Source: Octopus sinensis
Taxonomy: Eukaryota
NCBI RefSeq assembly: GCF_006345805.1
Contig: NW_021828477.1
Span: 1 to 8,074, forward strand
Reading direction: 5' to 3'
Length of the DNA: 8,074 nucleotides
Position numbers and translations under genes: made by a program. Shown here in pieces: positions 6,997 to 8,074 of the stretch. Every line of letters starts with the position of its first letter. Within the stretch, counting starts at the first letter, position 1. The notes beneath the pieces were generated by a model, which had not been told where the DNA came from, made no database searches, and worked only from the letters and a program-made list of their open reading frames with translations.

Positions 6997-7213
6997 TATT
7001 TCAAATTTTGGCTCAAGGCCTGCAATTTCGGAGCAGGGAGTAAGTCGATTACATTGGCCACAGTGCTCGACTGATACTTATTTCATCGAACCCGAAAGGA
7101 TAAAAGGAAAAAAAATTGACCTCGGCGGAATTTGAACTCAGAACGTGAAGACGGGCGAAATGGCGCTAAGCATTTCGCCCGGTGTGCTAACGATTCAGCC
7201 AGCTCGCCGCCTT
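6997..7213 (-). mobile_element. tRNA-derived SINE (copy 4), same family as 6209-6420, with intact A and B boxes
   Basis: - strand A box TGGCTGAATCG (7201-7191), B box GTTCAAATTCC (7137-7127), then a central segment CCTTTTATCCTTTCGGGTTCGATGAAATAAGTA resembling conserved metazoan SINE central domains (superfamily not assigned). Confidence 0.9.
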
Positions 7214-7243
7214 AATGATACTACTACTACAACAACAACTACA

Positions 7244-7292
<49 letters not shown>

Positions 7293-7313
7293 ATAATAAT
7301 AATAATAATAATG
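7214..7313. repeat. Compound (TAC)n-(TAA)n array
   Basis: Directly visible. Confidence 0.95.
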
Positions 7314-7385
7314 ACAATTTCTATTTTAACCACAAAAGGTTTACATTAATGAAAACGTTAAGAAAGGCACAGGACAGCACATTGA

Positions 7386-7386
<1 letters not shown>

Positions 7387-7424
<38 letters not shown>
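7387..7424. repeat. (TG)19 microsatellite
   Basis: Perfect TG run. Confidence 0.97.
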
Positions 7425-7426
<2 letters not shown>

Positions 7427-7722
7427 ATTGTTAGGGCTTTGCGTTTAATCAGGTTTAACAAAAACAAACAAACAAGAACAAAAGAAAAATCAAGAAAAAA
7501 CAACAGAACAAAATAAAATGCTTTTGTTTTCGACCTTGGCCCCCACAAATATCAGATTGAGGTTTGGAAGACTAGTTGTGAAGTGGCACAATCTTCTCTT
7601 CACATGGAGGAAGATATAGGTCACGTGTTCGACAAACTAACGAAAACAGGAACAAAAACAAAAATAAAAAAACAGAAATCCCAAACGAAAATGTAAACAC
7701 GTTTGAATAGAAAATACAGACG

Positions 7723-7925
7723 TTGTAGTAGTCGTAGTAGTAGTAGTAGTAATAGTAGTAGTAATAGTAGTAGTAGTGGCAGGAGGAGGAGGAGGAAGGG
7801 TATTAGTAGCAGTATTGGTTGTAGTTGTAGTAAAGGCACCAGTAAATGTAACCGTGGCAGTAGGGACGGCAGAGGTAGTGAAGTTAGTAGTAGTAGAGGT
7901 AGTAGTAGTGGTGGTAGTAGTAGTG

Positions 7926-7968
<43 letters not shown>

Positions 7969-8074
7969 AAACAGGAGTAATTGTTATTGTCGATGCCATC
8001 ATCATAATTGTAGTTAAGACTGTAATGGGTCTAGTAGTAGTAGTTGTTGTAGTAGTGGTGGTGATGGTAGCAGA
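7723..8074. repeat. Degenerate (TAG/AGT)n cryptic trinucleotide repeat with a (GAG)n patch, running off the window end
   Basis: Directly visible triplet periodicity; produces the Ser-rich (+) and Thr-rich (-) ORFs. Confidence 0.92.

Noticed and set aside
7637-8017. Thr/Pro-rich mucin-like ORF (-) and Ser/Arg-rich ORF (+)
   Set aside because: Both derive from a degenerate (TAG)n repeat, with no signal peptide, splice context or domain.

Overview
AT-rich, microsatellite-dense eukaryotic non-coding DNA (intronic or intergenic). I can support no intact protein-coding gene, rRNA, true tRNA or CRISPR array. The repeat content and the SINE sequences resemble an octopus-type (coleoid cephalopod) genome; this is recognition from memory, not a database result. 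Nearly all ORFs in the track are translations of simple repeats. The exceptions are ORFs 5444-5656 and 5746-5976, whose C-termini are the end of an R4/Dong-clade retrotransposon restriction-like endonuclease (RLE). Interpretable content: (i) four tRNA-derived SINE copies (one +, three -), one nested in another with a 6-bp target-site duplication; (ii) two 5'-truncated R4/Dong-type 3' ends head-to-tail in a (TAA)n tract; (iii) a decayed RTE-clade reverse transcriptase fragment on the - strand that the ORF track misses; (iv) a short apparent chimera joining an R4-type PD-motif fragment to a SINE/RTE-like 3' tail; (v) a CpG-rich unique segment containing a pre-miRNA-sized hairpin. The most interesting signals concern retroelement biology and the hairpin, and none is proven to be a new system.
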